Source: Candidatus Berkelbacteria bacterium
GTDB lineage: Bacteria; Patescibacteriota; UBA1384; JACPKC01
Direction of reading: 5' to 3'
Assembly (NCBI GenBank): GCA_016187225.1
Contig: JACPKC010000002.1
Coordinates: 3,387-67,386 of the forward strand
Length of the DNA stretch: 64,000 nucleotides
Shown here piece after piece: positions 27,091 to 37,253 of the stretch. Below the pieces are notes generated by a model. It saw nothing but the letters and a program-made list of their open reading frames with translations, did no database searches and was not told the DNA's origin. Each line of letters starts with the position of its first letter. The first letter of the stretch is position 1. Both the position numbers and the translations under genes were made by a program.

Positions 27091-27706
27091 TACTTTAGTA
27101 CTGGCGCACGCTTCGGTTGAATCACGCCCGGTTTAGGCGTAAACTCCAGACGTTTCGTTGGGAACCACCGGCAAGTCGGTGAATTTAATAGATTGGAGGA
27201 AAATGCGATATGAACGTTATCGCATGTTCCAAAGACCCTGGAGGGTTCAATAATCTCCTCCCCGTGTTGACCCGCACTCTTCCCGGAGACCGGTTTTCTC
27301 CAGTTCCAGTTGGAGAACGGCAATCTGGCGGAGCATCCGCTCGTGGCGAGCGGATGTGTTATGAAAGCAACGAATCTCGCCGAGTTGATCAATCAAGTGG
27401 TCATGGCGCTTGATGGGGATCTCGGTTCGAGAATTCTTGCTTCCCAGGAGGGCTACTACCGACTTGATGGCATGAACGCGGAGCGGTTTTGCCATCTGCT
27501 CCGGGATTTGGGGCACTGCAGCTTACAGCGTAGCGACCCCTTTCTCGTGAGGTCAGGTCTGTTCGATTGCCAAACTTACAGTTCGGTAGGTTTATAACCT
27601 ACCACATCGCGGGCCTTCGGGCCCGCTTCTACGTTTAGCCCACCTTGCATCAGTCATGACATGTGCTAGCATCAGGAAAATATCCAAGCAACAAAGGAGG
27701 GATTGC

Positions 27707-28291
27707 GTGTCATCTCCAAAGGTCAAACGTCCAAAAATCGTTGCTGTTATTCCGGCGCGGATTGGTTCGAAACGACTTCCTAAGAAGAATATCCAAGTGA
27801 TTGGTGGTCTTCCGTTGGTTGCGTGGGCCATCAAAACCGCCCAGGCAACCAAGCTTATCGACGACGTCTACGTTTCAACAGAGAGTGATGAGGTGGCCAC
27901 AATCGCTCGCCAATACGGCGCCAAGGTACTTGATCGGCCCGAGGAGCTGGCCGGTGATACGATCCGTATGCAGGACGTTGCACGCCAGGTTATGACCGAG
28001 CTCGCGGATATTGATGTCCTTGTCTTAGTTGGCGCGAATACGCCTGGCTTGCCACCTGAAACGCTCGACGCCGCAATCCAAAAGCTCCTCGACCACAGCC
28101 GCTGGGAAATTCGAAGTGTTGACAAAGACGGCCTTGAGCATTTCATGTTTTGGATTATGACTCGGCAAGCCTGTTTTTGGGATGGTCTCTCCGTCTATTT
28201 TGGTGTTCAAGAAACAGGTGTCGAGGAGATTCATACACCTGAAGACCTGGAACGTGTCCGCGCGATCCTTGAACAGAAAATTATTGCATGA
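27707..28291 (+). CDS. neuA: acylneuraminate (nonulosonic acid) cytidylyltransferase, short form
   Basis: GTG start 6 nt after AAAGGAGGG. KIVAVIPARIGSKRLPKKNIQVIGGLPLVAWAIK is the CTP_transf_3 signature. Confidence 0.7.
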   Translation: MSSPKVKRPKIVAVIPARIGSKRLPKKNIQVIGGLPLVAWAIKTAQATKLIDDVYVSTESDEVATIARQYGAKVLDRPEELAGDTIRMQDVARQVMTELADIDVLVLVGANTPGLPPETLDAAIQKLLDHSRWEIRSVDKDGLEHFMFWIMTRQACFWDGLSVYFGVQETGVEEIHTPEDLERVRAILEQKIIA

Positions 28292-28947
28292 GACTAAGTG
28301 TCATTGTGACCAATTATAATCTTGGCAGACAGCTTGGCCGATGTTTGCGGAGCTGTTTGGCGCAAGCTTTCCCCCGAGATGAATATGAAGTCATTGTGGT
28401 CGATGATTGCTCGACCGACTTCTCGCACAATATTCTCGAGGCCTTTGGGAATGAGATTAAGGTTATCAAGCTTGGTAAGAATGTGGGTGTTGCGGCAGCT
28501 TCAAACATCGGGATTCAGCGCTCGCTTGGTATGTATGTGATTCGAGTTGACGCCGACGACTATATTAACCAAAACTTATTTCTGTTTATGAGCGAGATTC
28601 TGACATATAACAAAGATATTGGCTTTGTTTACTGTGATCTGATGAAAGTAGCTGAAAACGAACAGCAACTTGGCAAAGTCGACCGAAGTGTCTTGGAAAA
28701 TTTGTATCACCATGGCGCTGGAGTAATGTTTCGTAAATCTCATCTCGAAGAAGTTGGCCTTTACGATGAAAAATTTCGCAATGCCGAAGATTACGACCTC
28801 TTAAAGCGCCTCATGAAGAGCTACACAGGTTTTCACCTACCCTTGCCGTACTATCGGTACGTAAGGCACGCCAACAATATGACCAACGATCAAGTCGGTC
28901 GGCTTGAATGGAACAAATTAGTGGAGGAGAAACATGCGACGCATTAA
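28288..28947 (+). CDS. glycosyltransferase family 2
   Basis: MRLSVIVTNYNLGRQLGRCLRSCLAQAFPRDEYEVIVVDDCSTD...DADD. Confidence 0.8.
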   Translation: MRLSVIVTNYNLGRQLGRCLRSCLAQAFPRDEYEVIVVDDCSTDFSHNILEAFGNEIKVIKLGKNVGVAAASNIGIQRSLGMYVIRVDADDYINQNLFLFMSEILTYNKDIGFVYCDLMKVAENEQQLGKVDRSVLENLYHHGAGVMFRKSHLEEVGLYDEKFRNAEDYDLLKRLMKSYTGFHLPLPYYRYVRHANNMTNDQVGRLEWNKLVEEKHATH

Positions 28948-30052
28948 GGTTGGGAAGCACTATATTTCAGACGCCGATTCGGTGTTTATTTTGCCCGAGG
29001 CGGGCGTGAATCATAATGGGTCACTCAAGCGAGCGAAGGATCTCATTCAAAAGGCGGCCGAGGCTGGCGCCCAGGGCATTAAGTTCCAAACTTATAAGGC
29101 GGAGACGCTTGTTACCAAGAGTGCTCCCCGCTTCTGGGACTGGGAAGGTGAACAAAAGAAGGAGGGGACGCAGTTTGATTCCTACAGCATTCTCGACAAA
29201 CTGCCGTGGCACGCCTACAAGGATCTCTCGTCGTACGCAAACGAGCTTGGCATCGAGTTTATTTCGACGCCGTTCGATGAGAAAGCGGTCGATATGCTCG
29301 ACGCGCTTGGCTCCCCGGCGTTCAAGATCGCTTCGTCTGATCTCACCTACTTACCGTTTTTGCGCTACGTCGCCAAAAAAGGCAAACCGATTTTTCTCTC
29401 AACTGGCGCGGCCACGCTCGGCGAGGTTGAGGAAGCGATCCGAACGATTGAAGCGGCTGGCAATCGCCAGATCGTGGTGATGCACTGTACACTTTGCTAT
29501 CCGACCGAACCGAAGGATGCGAACTTGAGGATTATTCAAACACTTCGTCGCACGTTTGGCTACCCAGTTGGCCTCTCGGACCACACTATGGGTACGGCAA
29601 TTCCGCCCGCCGCCGTTGCCCTTGGAGCCAGGTTGATCGAGAAACACTACACAGTTGATAAAACCCTCGGTCTCTCCGCCGATCACTGGCTCTCGATCGA
29701 CCCGATCGAACTCAAGCAGATTGTCGAGCATGTCAAACAAGTTCAAATCGCTCTTGGCACCGATGAAAAGCGAGTTTTCCCTGCCGAAGAGCATACTTAC
29801 CTATACGATAAGCGGAGCTTGGTGAGCACGCAGGCGATCAAAAAAGGTGAGGAAATTACGACTTCGATGCTGACTGGCAAGCGCCCGGGCACTGGCATCC
29901 CAACCAAGTTTTTTGATCTCATCGTTGGTAGCGCGGCGCAACTGGATATTCCCGAAGACACCACGTTGACTTGGGATATGGTAACCCAGCGCACTCCACT
30001 TGAGTTTGAAACGCTTCGTTCGCCAGCGGCTCGCATTCCTGAAATCGTTTAA
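28934..30052 (+). CDS. neuB: N-acetylneuraminate synthase family (NeuB/PseI/LegI-type nonulosonic acid synthase) with C-terminal SAF domain
   Basis: FILPEAGVNHNGSLKRAKDLIQKAAEAGAQGIKFQTYKAETL...KIASSDLTYLPFLRYVAKKGKPIFLSTGAATLGEVEEAI...GLSDHTMG. Confidence 0.85.
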   Translation: MRRIKVGKHYISDADSVFILPEAGVNHNGSLKRAKDLIQKAAEAGAQGIKFQTYKAETLVTKSAPRFWDWEGEQKKEGTQFDSYSILDKLPWHAYKDLSSYANELGIEFISTPFDEKAVDMLDALGSPAFKIASSDLTYLPFLRYVAKKGKPIFLSTGAATLGEVEEAIRTIEAAGNRQIVVMHCTLCYPTEPKDANLRIIQTLRRTFGYPVGLSDHTMGTAIPPAAVALGARLIEKHYTVDKTLGLSADHWLSIDPIELKQIVEHVKQVQIALGTDEKRVFPAEEHTYLYDKRSLVSTQAIKKGEEITTSMLTGKRPGTGIPTKFFDLIVGSAAQLDIPEDTTLTWDMVTQRTPLEFETLRSPAARIPEIV

Positions 30053-30068
30053 CGCTAGGCGAGAATCT

Positions 30069-31061
30069 ATGGCTCGAACGCAACGCGTCCGGTGTAATCT
30101 GTGTGGCGCCGCTGTTGCTCGCTTGTGGTATCAAGCGGGTGAGTTTACATATGTAACTTGCCAAGTATGTAATTTGCACTACCTCAATCCTCAACCAACG
30201 CTCGAGATACTTGTTAATGAATACTACACGGACGACGCCTACTTTTCGTGGTATTACGATGGCGGCTACACTGCTCAAGAAGAAGCTATGCTTGCAAGTT
30301 ATCGGCAGACTGTGCGCGAGATTGTTTATGAGGCTGGAATCCAAAAGGGTCAACTCCTAGATATTGGCTGTGGCAGTGGCTATCTCATGGTCGTTGCCCG
30401 TGAGCTGGGGTTTGAGGTGGAGGGCATCGAGCCCGGCAAATCGGTGGCCGAGCATGGTCACAAGAAGTTTGGTCTCAAAATCCACATTGCTCCGCTTGAA
30501 GAAGTGAAATTAGCGCCCGAGAGCTACGATTTGGTGGTGATCGAAAGCACGCTTGAACACATGCTCGACCCTTTCGATACCTTGAAGCGAATTGCCCGCA
30601 TACTTCGTCCTGGTGGCGTGGTGTTTATAAAAGTGCCGAACGCAAATGTTACGCTTACTAGCCGAGCAGTTCGAGCTTCAGAGATTGAGGAAAATACGCC
30701 GTTCCACACTTACTACTTCACGCCCCAAACGCTTTCAATGTTGACTCGCAAAGTTGGTCTGTGGCCAATCTCGCTTAACACCGCTCTTCATTTTTCAGTC
30801 CCGTTCCGCCTAAGACAATGGTGGGAAGAGCAACGTGAACGTCGAATGAAGCGCGGTTATGTTGTTTCCCATTTGGAACGAAAATTAAATCCAAAGAGAT
30901 TTGCGTCTTCTCCAGCAACCCTGCTCGATCGTTTTGTCGGCGCCATGATCGATATTGGAGCAGTGCGACTTGGGACTCCGCTCTGGCGGGCAATTGATAG
31001 AATACCCCTAGCGCAAAAGGGTCATACAATTAGCTTATGGGCCCGCAAGGAAGTTTTATGA
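30069..31061 (+). CDS. class I SAM-dependent methyltransferase with N-terminal Cys4 zinc ribbon
   Basis: CNLCGAAV...CQVCNLHY, then LDIGCGSGYL and LRPGGVVFIKVPN. Confidence 0.75.
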   Translation: MARTQRVRCNLCGAAVARLWYQAGEFTYVTCQVCNLHYLNPQPTLEILVNEYYTDDAYFSWYYDGGYTAQEEAMLASYRQTVREIVYEAGIQKGQLLDIGCGSGYLMVVARELGFEVEGIEPGKSVAEHGHKKFGLKIHIAPLEEVKLAPESYDLVVIESTLEHMLDPFDTLKRIARILRPGGVVFIKVPNANVTLTSRAVRASEIEENTPFHTYYFTPQTLSMLTRKVGLWPISLNTALHFSVPFRLRQWWEEQRERRMKRGYVVSHLERKLNPKRFASSPATLLDRFVGAMIDIGAVRLGTPLWRAIDRIPLAQKGHTISLWARKEVL

Positions 31062-31774
31062 GCGCCTTTGATCAGGCCATTCGTTACGTTAAATACCTTA
31101 CTGGTTCTCTCTCGGGTCAACGCTTGTTTGGCCAGGAATATATTGATTATCGAATAAATCACGACTTAAAGCGCGCTGACCAGCAGAAGGTCTGGGAAGA
31201 ATGGGGCAAGGCTAATTATTACCAGCAAAGGGCGGCCGACCCGCCGAGCGATCAGACGATCTTCAATGTGATTAAACGCGCTCGAGCCAAGCGTGTGCTG
31301 GAGGCCGGCGTTGGTTATGGCCGAAATTTGAAACATATTCATGCGACCATTAGCCCGGATATTCAACTCGCTGGCGTTGATTTTGCCGAAAGTATGCTCA
31401 AGCATGCCCGTCAATTTCTAGGTGATATTCCGACCGAATTGGTGCGAGGTGACATTACTGACCGACTCCCCTTCTCCGATCAAGTTTTTGACGTGGTTTT
31501 TACTTCGGGCACACTTCAGCACATTGGTCCAGATTCAATCGATCAGGTTTATCAGGAGTTATGCCGCCTAACTAAAAATTATTTGGTCCTAGTTGAAGCC
31601 GATCAGCCGGGTTATGGAAATGGAAAGCTGATTGCCGAACACTGGTTTAAGGATCATATCTATAGTTACCACCACGATGAGAATTTGAGAGCGTTAGGCT
31701 GGGTGATTGAATCGAATGCAAGGCCAAAAGGGAATCCAAATGCCCGGGTTGTAGTTGCGAAACGGTTCTTATGA
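31058..31774 (+). CDS. class I SAM-dependent methyltransferase
   Basis: VLEAGVGYGRNL ... FDVVFTSGTLQHIGPD. ATGA overlap with the upstream stop. Confidence 0.75.
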   Translation: MSAFDQAIRYVKYLTGSLSGQRLFGQEYIDYRINHDLKRADQQKVWEEWGKANYYQQRAADPPSDQTIFNVIKRARAKRVLEAGVGYGRNLKHIHATISPDIQLAGVDFAESMLKHARQFLGDIPTELVRGDITDRLPFSDQVFDVVFTSGTLQHIGPDSIDQVYQELCRLTKNYLVLVEADQPGYGNGKLIAEHWFKDHIYSYHHDENLRALGWVIESNARPKGNPNARVVVAKRFL

Positions 31775-33291
31775 TTGTGGTCCTGAACCCGACTGGATCG
31801 AACTCCCGGATTGAGTTTGGATCCTCTGATCCTCGAATGTACCGCACGTTGCCCGGGAACTTTTTGGCGCTCCATGAGCTCCTGATCGCCCGAACAATTC
31901 CGCATACTGTTCTTCCTTCCCGAATTCTTACCGATGTATCGCCCGACAAATTTCCAGGCGCTTGGCTCGTTGTGCCGATTGGAAAGTACTCGTTTCATGA
32001 GAGGCGGGCGCTCCACGGCCTCTTGAATCGTCTTTCAGGTGTAATTATGGTTGATCCTCGTCTGCAAAAAGAATTTCCTCCGGGGCCGCGCATCCTTCAT
32101 CTCAAAGAAGATCTTGGGCAGTCACTTTTTCGTCGCTATGCAGTCAAGACACAGAAACCAAAACGATTTTCTCGCAAAACAGTGCATTTTGGCTACACGT
32201 TCGATCCTGATGAGCATGGTCATGCCGCACCTGATCAGGAACCGGAGCAATTTCGGTTACTGGCGGAATTTTTTGCCTCGACCGGCTATCCATTAGTTGT
32301 GGCCGGTGTCTCGCCCGCTGTAAAATCTTGGTCAATTGGCCACGACACCGAGGATCAGAAATGCTTGCGTTCGGGTAAAAAGATTGTCGAGTTCAACCAG
32401 TCTTATGGCGTCCGGTCTACTTTTTATCTTCGCCAGTTCATGGGCTTGGGTGATTTTACCGATCACCATTTTTATAAAATTCAAAAACCGTACACGCCAC
32501 AAGAAGCGTTTCGTGCCCTTAGTCGTCAGGGCACGGAGTTTGGTTATCACGGTGAAAGCGCCACTTGGATTGCTCTTCGTGCTGGCGGATTGCCGGCCGT
32601 TGAGAGTCACGGTATCGCCTTGTCCTATCTCCGGCGTGAGTTGTCTGAAGAGCAGATTCAAGTTGGTTCAACACACATGGGTAACCACGGCGAGGTTTAT
32701 CCGCAAGACTTTCGCGCGTTGGCACAAAACCGAATTACTCTCTGGCGGAACTCATTCCGTTTCAATGGTCTGACACCGATGCGACCTTATTTACTCTACG
32801 ATCGTGAGGGGAATACTCTATCTGGAATCTGGGGGCAGATGGATGATGTGATCGACGATTTAGCCAATCTCACTCTGGAGAGGCCGAACCATCTTGGCCA
32901 CCCGCCGCAACTCAACCAAAAAAGGTTGGAACGAGCGATCGAGACTCTTAAATCAGCTCCCGACGGCCACCTCTTCTTTCATTCTCACCCGCATAATTTT
33001 GACGACGTTGCAGGCACGCCCAAGAATTATGCGGCAGTTTACCAAGCGCTGAAGCAGGCCGAGTTTAGTAATATTACCAGTAACGAACTTGTTGGGTATT
33101 GGCAAAAACGGAGCCAGGTTGTGTTGCAACCTGTGGCGATGGGGTCTGGGGCGCGAGTAAGAGTGCGAAACAGTTTTTCTGGGCTTGTCTTGGCGTGCTA
33201 CGCTCAAGCGGCGCTCGAGGACGAGACCGGTACGGCGCTTCGCACTCGCATCCTCTACCGTACTCATCCTACGATCGTTCAAGTAATATGA
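31771..33291 (+). CDS. hypothetical protein (weak resemblance to NodB/CE4-type deacetylases)
   Basis: 506 aa, ATGA-coupled start. SIGHDTED and HSHPH resemble NodB motifs TFDDG and H(S/T)xxH, but not convincingly. Confidence 0.4.
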   Translation: MIVVLNPTGSNSRIEFGSSDPRMYRTLPGNFLALHELLIARTIPHTVLPSRILTDVSPDKFPGAWLVVPIGKYSFHERRALHGLLNRLSGVIMVDPRLQKEFPPGPRILHLKEDLGQSLFRRYAVKTQKPKRFSRKTVHFGYTFDPDEHGHAAPDQEPEQFRLLAEFFASTGYPLVVAGVSPAVKSWSIGHDTEDQKCLRSGKKIVEFNQSYGVRSTFYLRQFMGLGDFTDHHFYKIQKPYTPQEAFRALSRQGTEFGYHGESATWIALRAGGLPAVESHGIALSYLRRELSEEQIQVGSTHMGNHGEVYPQDFRALAQNRITLWRNSFRFNGLTPMRPYLLYDREGNTLSGIWGQMDDVIDDLANLTLERPNHLGHPPQLNQKRLERAIETLKSAPDGHLFFHSHPHNFDDVAGTPKNYAAVYQALKQAEFSNITSNELVGYWQKRSQVVLQPVAMGSGARVRVRNSFSGLVLACYAQAALEDETGTALRTRILYRTHPTIVQVI

Positions 33292-34793
33292 CACTCGCGC
33301 AAAAATTTCTCACAAGTGTTTCCTGGAATTTTGTCGGTAAAATCGCGGGTCTGATTTTAGGCACGCTAAGTTCCATTGTAGTCGCCCGTCTCTTGGGCCC
33401 AGTGGCTTATGGTGAGTTAACCGTTCTCTTGGCTGTGATCGGTACTATCCCCGTCTTTCTTTATTTCGGTTTCGAAGAGTTGCTCACGATTGTGGTGCCA
33501 ACGCTCGTGGCCAAACGTGAAAAAATGGCCATCCGTCAGCTAATTTGGTCGGCGTTGATTGGTCGAGTCGGGATCATTCTGCTCCTCGCGGTCGTTGTTC
33601 TCATTTTCGACAATCAACTCATGACCTTGTTTGGTCACCCCGAATTTACTCAGTACACGCCGTATATTATATTGTCGCTCATCGTGAGCGCGATCACTTC
33701 TCTTCTGATGGGTGTGGCGCGGTCTTTTTTTGCCTATCGGACGATTACGATTACTGAAACACTGGCGCAAGTTAGTCAACTGATTTTAGTTATCGTGTTG
33801 CTCCCAGCCGGTTACGGAGTGGTTGGGGTTCTGATCGCCATGCTGATCGGCCAGGCCGGGGCGGCCATTATCCTCGGTGTGAACACTAATGTTTTTCGTT
33901 CCGGTCTGGTTCGGCGGCCATCATTTCCTAGGAAGCATGTTCGGCTCGCGCTCGCGCTTTGGCTCGTTGGACTGATTGGCTACGTGCTTGGCAAGCAACT
34001 TGATGTAATTATGTTAGGCGCCTTGCGCGTGCCACTTGAAGAGATCGGTTTTTACGGTCTGGCGTTTGGATTCGCCGAGATGCTTTACGTGTTTTCGCTT
34101 GGGTTTGGAGCGATCGCCCAAAGCGCTTTCTCGGATATTTTTGGTCGATCTGGCGCGCCTGGACTTCACGTCGTCTGGCCAGTCGTGGCCAAAGTTGAGC
34201 AACTTCTGATTGTGCCGATTTATATCTTCGCAGTCATTTGGGCGCCAGTAATTTTAGAAGGACTTTACGGCCAGGCTTTCTTGGCGGCCGTGCCAATTTT
34301 CCGACTATTGGCGACACTGCGAATCGTTTATGTGGCCACCAGCGCAAGCTATGCCTCGCCCGTTTTTTACTTATTCGGGCGCAAGAAATTGGCTGTTTCA
34401 CTGCGTTTCTTGGCAGGTGCGGGAAACTTTGTTGGTAACTTAATTCTTATTCCTTTTCTTGGAGTCTTTGGCGCGGTTTGGGCAACAGGTTTATCAACGG
34501 CAGTGATTGGAGTGGTCGAGGTCGCGGTCGTCTATCGTCTTCTGCGCGCTCTGCCACCGATTGGATTCTTTCTGAAATTAGTTTTGATGTTCGGTCTGTC
34601 CGGCGCCTTAACGCTTCTCTTGCCTCTCACGGGCATTTCCGCTCTTCTTATTGCCCTGTTGATATATATCGCCTTGGCCATCTGGCTTGCCACTTGGTTG
34701 AAGTTATTCACTCAAGAAGAAGCGGCGATGGTTGAAGCGGCCTCGGCCGAATTTGGGCGGCTCGTCCGAGGCTTTACACATGCAGGTAAATAG
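33288..34793 (+). CDS. wzx: Wzx-type polysaccharide/oligosaccharide flippase (MOP superfamily)
   Basis: MTLAQKFLTSVSWNFVGKIAGLILGTLSSIVVARLLGPVAYGELTV and about 12-14 TM segments. ATGA-coupled start. Confidence 0.75.
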   Translation: MTLAQKFLTSVSWNFVGKIAGLILGTLSSIVVARLLGPVAYGELTVLLAVIGTIPVFLYFGFEELLTIVVPTLVAKREKMAIRQLIWSALIGRVGIILLLAVVVLIFDNQLMTLFGHPEFTQYTPYIILSLIVSAITSLLMGVARSFFAYRTITITETLAQVSQLILVIVLLPAGYGVVGVLIAMLIGQAGAAIILGVNTNVFRSGLVRRPSFPRKHVRLALALWLVGLIGYVLGKQLDVIMLGALRVPLEEIGFYGLAFGFAEMLYVFSLGFGAIAQSAFSDIFGRSGAPGLHVVWPVVAKVEQLLIVPIYIFAVIWAPVILEGLYGQAFLAAVPIFRLLATLRIVYVATSASYASPVFYLFGRKKLAVSLRFLAGAGNFVGNLILIPFLGVFGAVWATGLSTAVIGVVEVAVVYRLLRALPPIGFFLKLVLMFGLSGALTLLLPLTGISALLIALLIYIALAIWLATWLKLFTQEEAAMVEAASAEFGRLVRGFTHAGK

Positions 34794-34842
34794 TGAAGGG
34801 TAAAGAGAGAGTTGTTAGTCACGGAAACAAAAGGAGTTAATA

Positions 34843-35802
34843 ATGCCATCAGTTGCATTAATTATTCTCAATTGGAATGGGTATCACGATACGGCGCCAT
34901 GCTTTGAGTCGCTCCGCAAAAGCCGAGGCGTCAATTTTGAGATTTATCTTGTTGATAATGGTTCAGCCAACAAAGAAGCGGCGCGGCTTGAAAAGGAATT
35001 CTGCGATCTGCCCTTGCGCGTGATTGCACTGCCGGAAAATCTTGGCTTTGCCGCCGGTAATAATCGTGGCCTTGAAATTGCGCTTAAAGCGAAGGCGAAG
35101 TACTTTTTACTTCTTAACAACGATACGATTATCCCTACGGATTTCCTCAAAAAAATGGTGACTGCGATGGAAGCCGACCCAACCCTTGGCGTTTTGGGCG
35201 CGGTCAACCTTTACGAAGCTGATCGAAAGCGGATTTGGTATACCGGCGGGTATCTTAATCGGTCGACGGCGGATTTTACCGACCCTCGGCACAACACTAC
35301 TTATATACCCAGTGATCGAATTGAGCCAACAGACGACGTGGCGGGTTCGTCTCTCATGATTACCCGCACGGCCCTGGAACAAGTTGGCCTCCTTGACGAA
35401 CGATTTTTTAATAACTTTGAGGAGAGCGATCTTTGTTTGCGAGTTCGGGATGCGGGTTACCGAATTGCCTGCCATATGGGCGCTTTTATCTACCATAAAG
35501 TTTCGGCCGCGACCGGTAGCACAGGGCCCGCGAAAATCGATATCAATGAGTATTTCTTTCATCGCAACAAAGTGCTTTTTTTGCGTAAGCATTGGTCGTT
35601 TTTTGCCGGCGCGCCAGTTTTGGCTTGGCATTCGATCATGAGTTTGCGTCGGTATCGCTACGCTCGTTCTCGTGGCAACCGAGCCGCCCCGCTTATTCTT
35701 TGGGGTTTGCGGGATGGTTTTAAGCAGAACTACTGGAAGGGTAGCCTCCCTGCGATTATCGAATGGCGCAAATCTTTTCCTCAACAACCGGTGAAGGCAT
35801 AA
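34843..35802 (+). CDS. glycosyltransferase family 2
   Basis: ALIILNWNGYHDTAPCFESL...YLVDNGSAN...LPENLGFAAGNNRG. Confidence 0.8.
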   Translation: MPSVALIILNWNGYHDTAPCFESLRKSRGVNFEIYLVDNGSANKEAARLEKEFCDLPLRVIALPENLGFAAGNNRGLEIALKAKAKYFLLLNNDTIIPTDFLKKMVTAMEADPTLGVLGAVNLYEADRKRIWYTGGYLNRSTADFTDPRHNTTYIPSDRIEPTDDVAGSSLMITRTALEQVGLLDERFFNNFEESDLCLRVRDAGYRIACHMGAFIYHKVSAATGSTGPAKIDINEYFFHRNKVLFLRKHWSFFAGAPVLAWHSIMSLRRYRYARSRGNRAAPLILWGLRDGFKQNYWKGSLPAIIEWRKSFPQQPVKA

Positions 35803-35829
35803 AAAAACCACCCAGTTTAGCCTGGGTGG
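35801..35829 (-). terminator. rho-independent terminator for the convergent minus-strand gene
   Basis: CCACCCAGTTTAGCCTGGGTGG hairpin with an A7 run on the plus strand (U-run on minus). Confidence 0.5.
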
Positions 35830-35836
35830 TCACTGG

Positions 35837-36553
35837 TCAGGCCAGTATCAATTTCCCCTTCCCCCCACTCGCAAGCCAGCCGAGGAAGCGACAGGTCGCA
35901 AGGCAGGAGCGACCATCCTTGAGCAGGAGCGCCTCCTGCCAAGGAATAAACCGACTGCCGAGAATCTTCTCGGCCATCCCCTTGCTGGCCGCTCGATACA
36001 AACCAGAGCGGAGCCGGAGTCGACCCTCTCGCTCTTCGAGCTCCTGCTCGAGCATCTCGAGGGCGAAGTAGTGGGTGCCCTCATCGTCCCCGCCCGCTTC
36101 CAGGATGGTCGGTTGCGGGTTGCCTGGCCCGCCCGGCAGTTTTTTGATCCGCTCCTCGAGACGAGGGAGATCAGCCAACTCTTCGGCGACCTCTTCGGTC
36201 GCCGCTTCGAAGTGAGTCTTGCCGGGATCTAAGAACCCTTGCGGGTATTCCCCGATCGCCTTTCCCAGCGTTGCCCTGGGCTGGTCGACAACGCCAAGAT
36301 AGAGTTGATCGCTATACCAGGCGTACGGGACAGTGACCGCCCCGCCTCCGCCCGGTTCGCGCCAGCGGAGCGTGTCGTAACCACCTGGGTCCCAGCCATA
36401 GGTAACCTGGATTTTCATCCTGTCGTTTATTAGGCGTGCCGAACGCACTGGGTTGGCGTACGACTCATCATTGATTTCGAGGCGCCAACCGCGTTTTCCC
36501 TGCATCTCTAACGGAATTTCCGCCAGAGTCTGACTGATCAATGCTTCTTGCAT
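35837..36553 (-). CDS. hypothetical protein, GC-rich, loosely Nudix-like
   Basis: 238 aa. GFLDPGKTHFEAATEEVAEELADL only approximates the Nudix box. Local GC is clearly above the flanking glycan genes. Confidence 0.4.
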   Translation of the reverse strand: MQEALISQTLAEIPLEMQGKRGWRLEINDESYANPVRSARLINDRMKIQVTYGWDPGGYDTLRWREPGGGGAVTVPYAWYSDQLYLGVVDQPRATLGKAIGEYPQGFLDPGKTHFEAATEEVAEELADLPRLEERIKKLPGGPGNPQPTILEAGGDDEGTHYFALEMLEQELEEREGRLRLRSGLYRAASKGMAEKILGSRFIPWQEALLLKDGRSCLATCRFLGWLASGGKGKLILA

Positions 36554-36734
36554 GACGCATCGATCCCCCTTCTTGTATTTATTCAGGCTATAAAGCCTAA
36601 CCTGATTCTAGGGGGGGGTGACTATTTGTCAACGACAAAAATGACTTTATCAAGGTAATCCACTTTTTCGGCTTGCCAAGTTGGTTAGCATAAGCTAACG
36701 TCCAGAACAAAGCTTAAAGATCAAAAGGAGGCGT

Positions 36735-37238
36735 ATGAGCTCGACGGCAACAGCTGAAAAAGTCAGTCTGATAACTCACCAATCAGGGGCAATTGATGAT
36801 GTTAAGGTCGTTGACCTGACGATGCATCTTGATGACCGTGGTTATTTGTACGAGATTATCCATCGCACCGATCCGTACATTGCGAAGTTCGGCCAGGTAT
36901 ATCTAGTTGGTAATATGACTCGCGGCACGATCCGTGCCTTTCATAAGCATGAAAAACTGTGGGACTACTTTTGTATCGTCCATGGTTCAGCCAAGTTCGC
37001 GTTGGTCGACGATCGCCCGGATTCATCGACCTATGGCAATATCCGAACGATTGTTTTGAACTCAAAAAAGCCCCAGATGATCGTTGTGCCCCCCGGCGTG
37101 CATCACGGTTGGATGGGGCTTGAAGACGACACGATTTTGGTTTCAGTTGGAAGCGAAGTCTATAATAAAGATAATCCAGACGAAGAACGAGTCCCGTTCG
37201 ACTCGTTTGGTTATGATTGGTCGGTAAAGTTTAAGTAA
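36735..37238 (+). CDS. cupin-fold sugar-nucleotide epimerase/isomerase (RmlC or FdtA-like)
   Basis: DDRGYLYEI and RGTIRAFHKHEK (RG.H.H). AAAGGAGG RBS. Confidence 0.55.
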   Translation: MSSTATAEKVSLITHQSGAIDDVKVVDLTMHLDDRGYLYEIIHRTDPYIAKFGQVYLVGNMTRGTIRAFHKHEKLWDYFCIVHGSAKFALVDDRPDSSTYGNIRTIVLNSKKPQMIVVPPGVHHGWMGLEDDTILVSVGSEVYNKDNPDEERVPFDSFGYDWSVKFK

Positions 37239-37253
37239 TACCGAGGAGGGAAC

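Noticed and set aside
27204-27222. Palindrome GCGATATGAACGTTATCGC with a GGAGG and a 16-codon mini-ORF
   Set aside because: Too short to assign. Lies in the degraded region next to the neuA-like pseudogene fragment, could be any operator or nothing.
31771-33291. Calling this 506-aa protein a polysaccharide deacetylase
   Set aside because: Only two loose motif resemblances (SIGHDTED, HSHPH). Spacing and remaining NodB motifs not found by eye, left as hypothetical.
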